Assembly: GCA_965205675.1 (NCBI GenBank)
Contig: OZ242186.1
Location: forward strand, 1,440,001-1,504,000
Origin: Nitrosopumilus sp.
GTDB taxonomy: Archaea > Thermoproteota > Nitrososphaeria > Nitrososphaerales > Nitrosopumilaceae
Reading direction: 5' to 3'
Length of the DNA stretch: 64,000 bases
Positions 61,097 to 64,000 of the stretch are shown here, piece after piece. The notes under the pieces are model-generated. The model made no database searches and was not told the origin of the DNA. It saw nothing but the letters and a program-made list of their open reading frames with translations. A program made the translations under genes and the position numbers. Within the stretch, counting starts at the first letter, position 1. The number at the start of each line of letters is the position of its first letter.

Positions 61097-61249
61097 GAAT
61101 TCAAAATCCATAAAAAACTTTTGAGACAACTCTCCATGCAGTTATCGTCTAGGGATTAAAAGAACAGCATCTATAATTATCCATGTGAATTGTTTTTATA
61201 CATTTCCTCTCTTTCTATACATCAGGGCATGGCTTTCGCTAGAGAATGG

Positions 61250-61381
61250 TTTCAATCAAAAGATGGCAGACATGTATCCATACGAGACTATTCTCTCAAT
61301 GCTATCTTCATCCTAGTTAGGATTGTTCGCAGTTATTAGACGAGGCCTTGTCCCTCAATAATTACAACGCGACTTGCAGTC
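61250..61381 (-). ncRNA. Putative bridge/seek RNA in the downstream non-coding end of IS110 copy A
   Basis: Homologous to 62573-62709 with covarying stems; two stem/internal-loop modules. Confidence 0.65.
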
Positions 61382-62540
61382 CTAACTATAATTTTGTACA
61401 AATTCTCTCCTCTCCTTTAACATCCAATAAATCACCCTCAGGATCTTTGATGCACCAGCTACTGCAGCTTTGGATGATCCTCTTTTCTTTTTAATGCGAT
61501 TGTAAAATTTTGTAATGTCACTATCCTTGGCATGAATTGCATGAGTGTGTATGCATTCTGTTAGAACCCATCTCAATGTCATGCTTCCCCTTTTTGTTAT
61601 TCTGCCATGGTGTATTGTATCTGCAGAGTTTCTAACTGATGGTACAACTCCTGCATATGCACACAGTTTGTGGGAATCATTGAATCTTTCAATATCTGCA
61701 ATCTCTGATGCAATGACAAGCGAAGAATAATGCCCAATTCCCGGAATCGAGTTTATCAAAATTGCATCAGGATTAACTTTTACAGCAGCATACACTTTGG
61801 AATTAATCTCTGCAATCTGTAAATTAAGGTGGCTGATTTGTTGCAAGAATCCGTCTATTCTGTAATCTCCTAGTGCCTTGAGTCTTCTGTTGTATGTTTC
61901 AGTGAATGTAACTCCTGGAATCTTGATTCCTTCTTGTAACAATATTCCATGAACTGAATTCTTGACAGATGTTCTCCATTGGATTAGTTTTTTCCTATAT
62001 CTTACAAGCTGTCTTTGTTGTACAATCTTTTTGTCTGGAACATAACATGTGGCAATGTATCCTCCTCGTAAAAGATCTGCCAATATCTTGGCATCAATCT
62101 TGTCTGTTTTCTTTTTTGATGCAGCAATTGCCTTTGTCAAATATGGGTTTGAGAGTGTGACGTTTTTGTATCCCAAAGTATCTGTGAGAAATCGATACGT
62201 GTCATACCAGACTGATGAGGATTCCATTACAATATTTGCAGAAATTGGTATTTTTGCAAAATGCTTTTTTATGGATTCATGCGTGTTATCCACTTTGTCA
62301 TTTTGTAATACTTTGCCTGCATCATCCATTTATTACTTGAAGAAACTTCTTGTGCAGGTCAATGCCCACAAACATGCCTTTCTTTGGATTTTTTCTAATC
62401 TGTTTGTTTGTAATCTTTTTTGGAGCCGAGTATTTACGAACCTTGGAACTAGATTCATTTTTTATGCTATCTGATTTCCTTGCTTTCTTATTCACATATC
62501 CATGTGAATCCCTTTTAACTATTGTCGGTATTTTTGCCAT
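61382..62540 (-). pseudogene. IS110-family transposase A, one frameshift at ~62330
   Basis: GIDLH, MESS, KTDKIDA (DEDD), SIPGIG, YAG..PS...S, GRITKRG. Confidence 0.9.
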
Positions 62541-62572
62541 ATTAATTACAGCTTACGCTAATACACTCATAC

Positions 62573-62709
62573 TTTCAATCACAGATGAAACCAGACACAT
62601 ATCCATTCGGGGTTCTCCCCCAGTACCATCTTCATCCATTTATTAGGTGAAACCGCGGTTATAGTTTCGAGGTATTATGCATCCTCAATGTGAAAACGCG
62701 GCCAAACTC
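62573..62709 (-). ncRNA. Putative bridge/seek RNA in the downstream non-coding end of IS110 copy B
   Basis: CCGCG/CGCGG and GAGG/CCUC stems around an internal loop; GGGG/CCCC hairpin replaces GAGA/UCUC of copy A. Confidence 0.65.
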
Positions 62710-62730
62710 CTAACTGTAATGTTTTACAAA

Positions 62731-63823
62731 TTATTGATGACATTGAACAAATTCTCTCCTCTCTTTTAGCATCCAATATATGACACGCAATAACTTTGAT
62801 GCAGCAGCAACTGCTGCCTTTGAGGTCCCTCTCTTTTTCTTAATGCGATTATAAAATTTTGTAATGTCGCTATCTAGTGCGTATCTAACATGTGCATGAA
62901 TCGCCTCCACTAGCAACCATCTTAGCATGGTGCTTCCTCTCTTTGTAATTCTTCCGTGATGTATTGTATCTGCAGAATTTCTCACCGATGGAACAATCCC
63001 TGCATATGCACATAACTTGTGAGAATTTGAAAATCTACTAATCTCTGCAATTTCTGAGAATATGCTCAATGCAGTGTATGGTCCAACTCCAGGTATTGAT
63101 GTCAAAATACACACACCAGGATTATCATTTACCATGCGACGTATCATGGAATCTATCTTTGCAACCTCCTTTTTGTGAAATTTTATGCTTTGTAGGTACG
63201 AATCTATTCTATAACTCTCCAATTTTCCAAGTGCACGTATGTGTTCTGAGGAAAATGGTGTTGCTTTGATATGGATTCCCTCCTGTAGTGTAATACCATG
63301 TATGGAATTCTTCATCTTTACAATGATGCGCACAATCTTGTGTCGATGTCTTACAAGCTGTCTGTATTGCACAATTGTGTGATCTGGCACAAATGATTCT
63401 GCAATGTATCCCTCCTCGTAGCAAATTTGCAAGATGGTACGCATCAATTTTATCAGTCTTTTTGAGTGATGATGCTATTATCTTTGTGTTGTATGGATTA
63501 GATAGTATAACATCAAGATGTAATTTGTCTGTCATGTGTCTATAAAGGCCATACCAGACAGATGATGACTCTAAAACATATTTTGCGTTCTTTGGAATTT
63601 TGGATGTAATTTTGCTAATAGCAGAAAAATCACTGGAAATCTTTTTGTTAAATAATAATTTGCCAATCTCATCTACTGCTGCCACCTGTACAGAGTTCTT
63701 GTGAACATCCAATCCTACAAACATCAAATATTTTTTTTCAGGAAGGGTAGTGTGTTTGTTTGCATTTCTTACTTTCTTGATACGAATGCAAGTACCATCT
63801 AATTTCCTAGCTGATTTTGGCAC
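62731..63823 (-). pseudogene. IS110-family transposase B, one frameshift at ~63410
   Basis: GLDVH, LESS, KTDKIDA in ORF 63209..63823; C-terminal half in 62731..63447. Confidence 0.9.
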
Positions 63824-64000
63824 ATATGGTTATAGTTATTAGTAAAGTTATGATTAAAATTAATATTGTAAAATCATATGTATTATCTTGATTTTTTGTA
63901 TTTTGGGCTATTTTGAGAGCAGTTAGATTCATTGGCTGATCCATATTGATTTCTGAAGCATCAATTAAAATTTCTGTTAATTTTAAAAAAAGTATTGATT

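Noticed and set aside
61250-62581. GATTGAAA(C/G) at the ends of both IS110 non-coding regions resembling CRISPR repeat 3' ends
   Set aside because: Explained by homology between the two elements; no evidence of CRISPR repeat targets here.
62717-62754. ACAAATT duplication around 14 bp at the end of IS110 B
   Set aside because: Only 7 bp of AT-rich repeat; too short to separate from chance or ordinary C-terminal divergence.
1-64000. tRNA, rRNA, cas genes, provirus or casposon
   Set aside because: No cloverleaf, rRNA-like GC-rich tract, Cas, capsid, integrase or PolB motifs recognised by eye.

Overview
AT-rich archaeal chromosome segment, very likely from an ammonia-oxidising archaeon of the Nitrosopumilaceae. 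The basis is the exosome-SBDS-rpoD-rpl18e/rpl13/rps9 cluster, CofE, MqnD, thaumarchaeal-type small proteins and a urease/DUR3 locus. The first ~23 kb is mostly housekeeping. The rest is an accessory region with many intact and decayed IS elements (IS66/ISBst12-type x3, IS630, IS481, IS5, IS1595, IS982-like, IS110 x2), a 2163-aa repeat-rich Ig/cadherin-like surface protein, a Fic protein and a urea-utilisation cluster, a picture typical of host-associated lineages. Main observations: (1) four unrelated loci between 34.8 and 40.2 kb each carry a unique 35-37 bp insert flanked by a 30-38 bp direct duplication of the local target. This is the geometry of CRISPR spacer integration at non-CRISPR sites; one case is demonstrated by two uninterrupted sister IS66 copies, and one is in frame in a secreted-protein gene. 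(2) ureE and ureF are heavily decayed while ureABC, ureG, ureD and two DUR3 transporters are intact. (3) Two tandem IS110 elements carry homologous, covarying structured non-coding ends (bridge/seek-RNA-like) with different guide loops. (4) A split 8-bp target duplication suggests IS66 inverted the ~23 kb urease segment. All calls come from reading the sequence; no searches were run.
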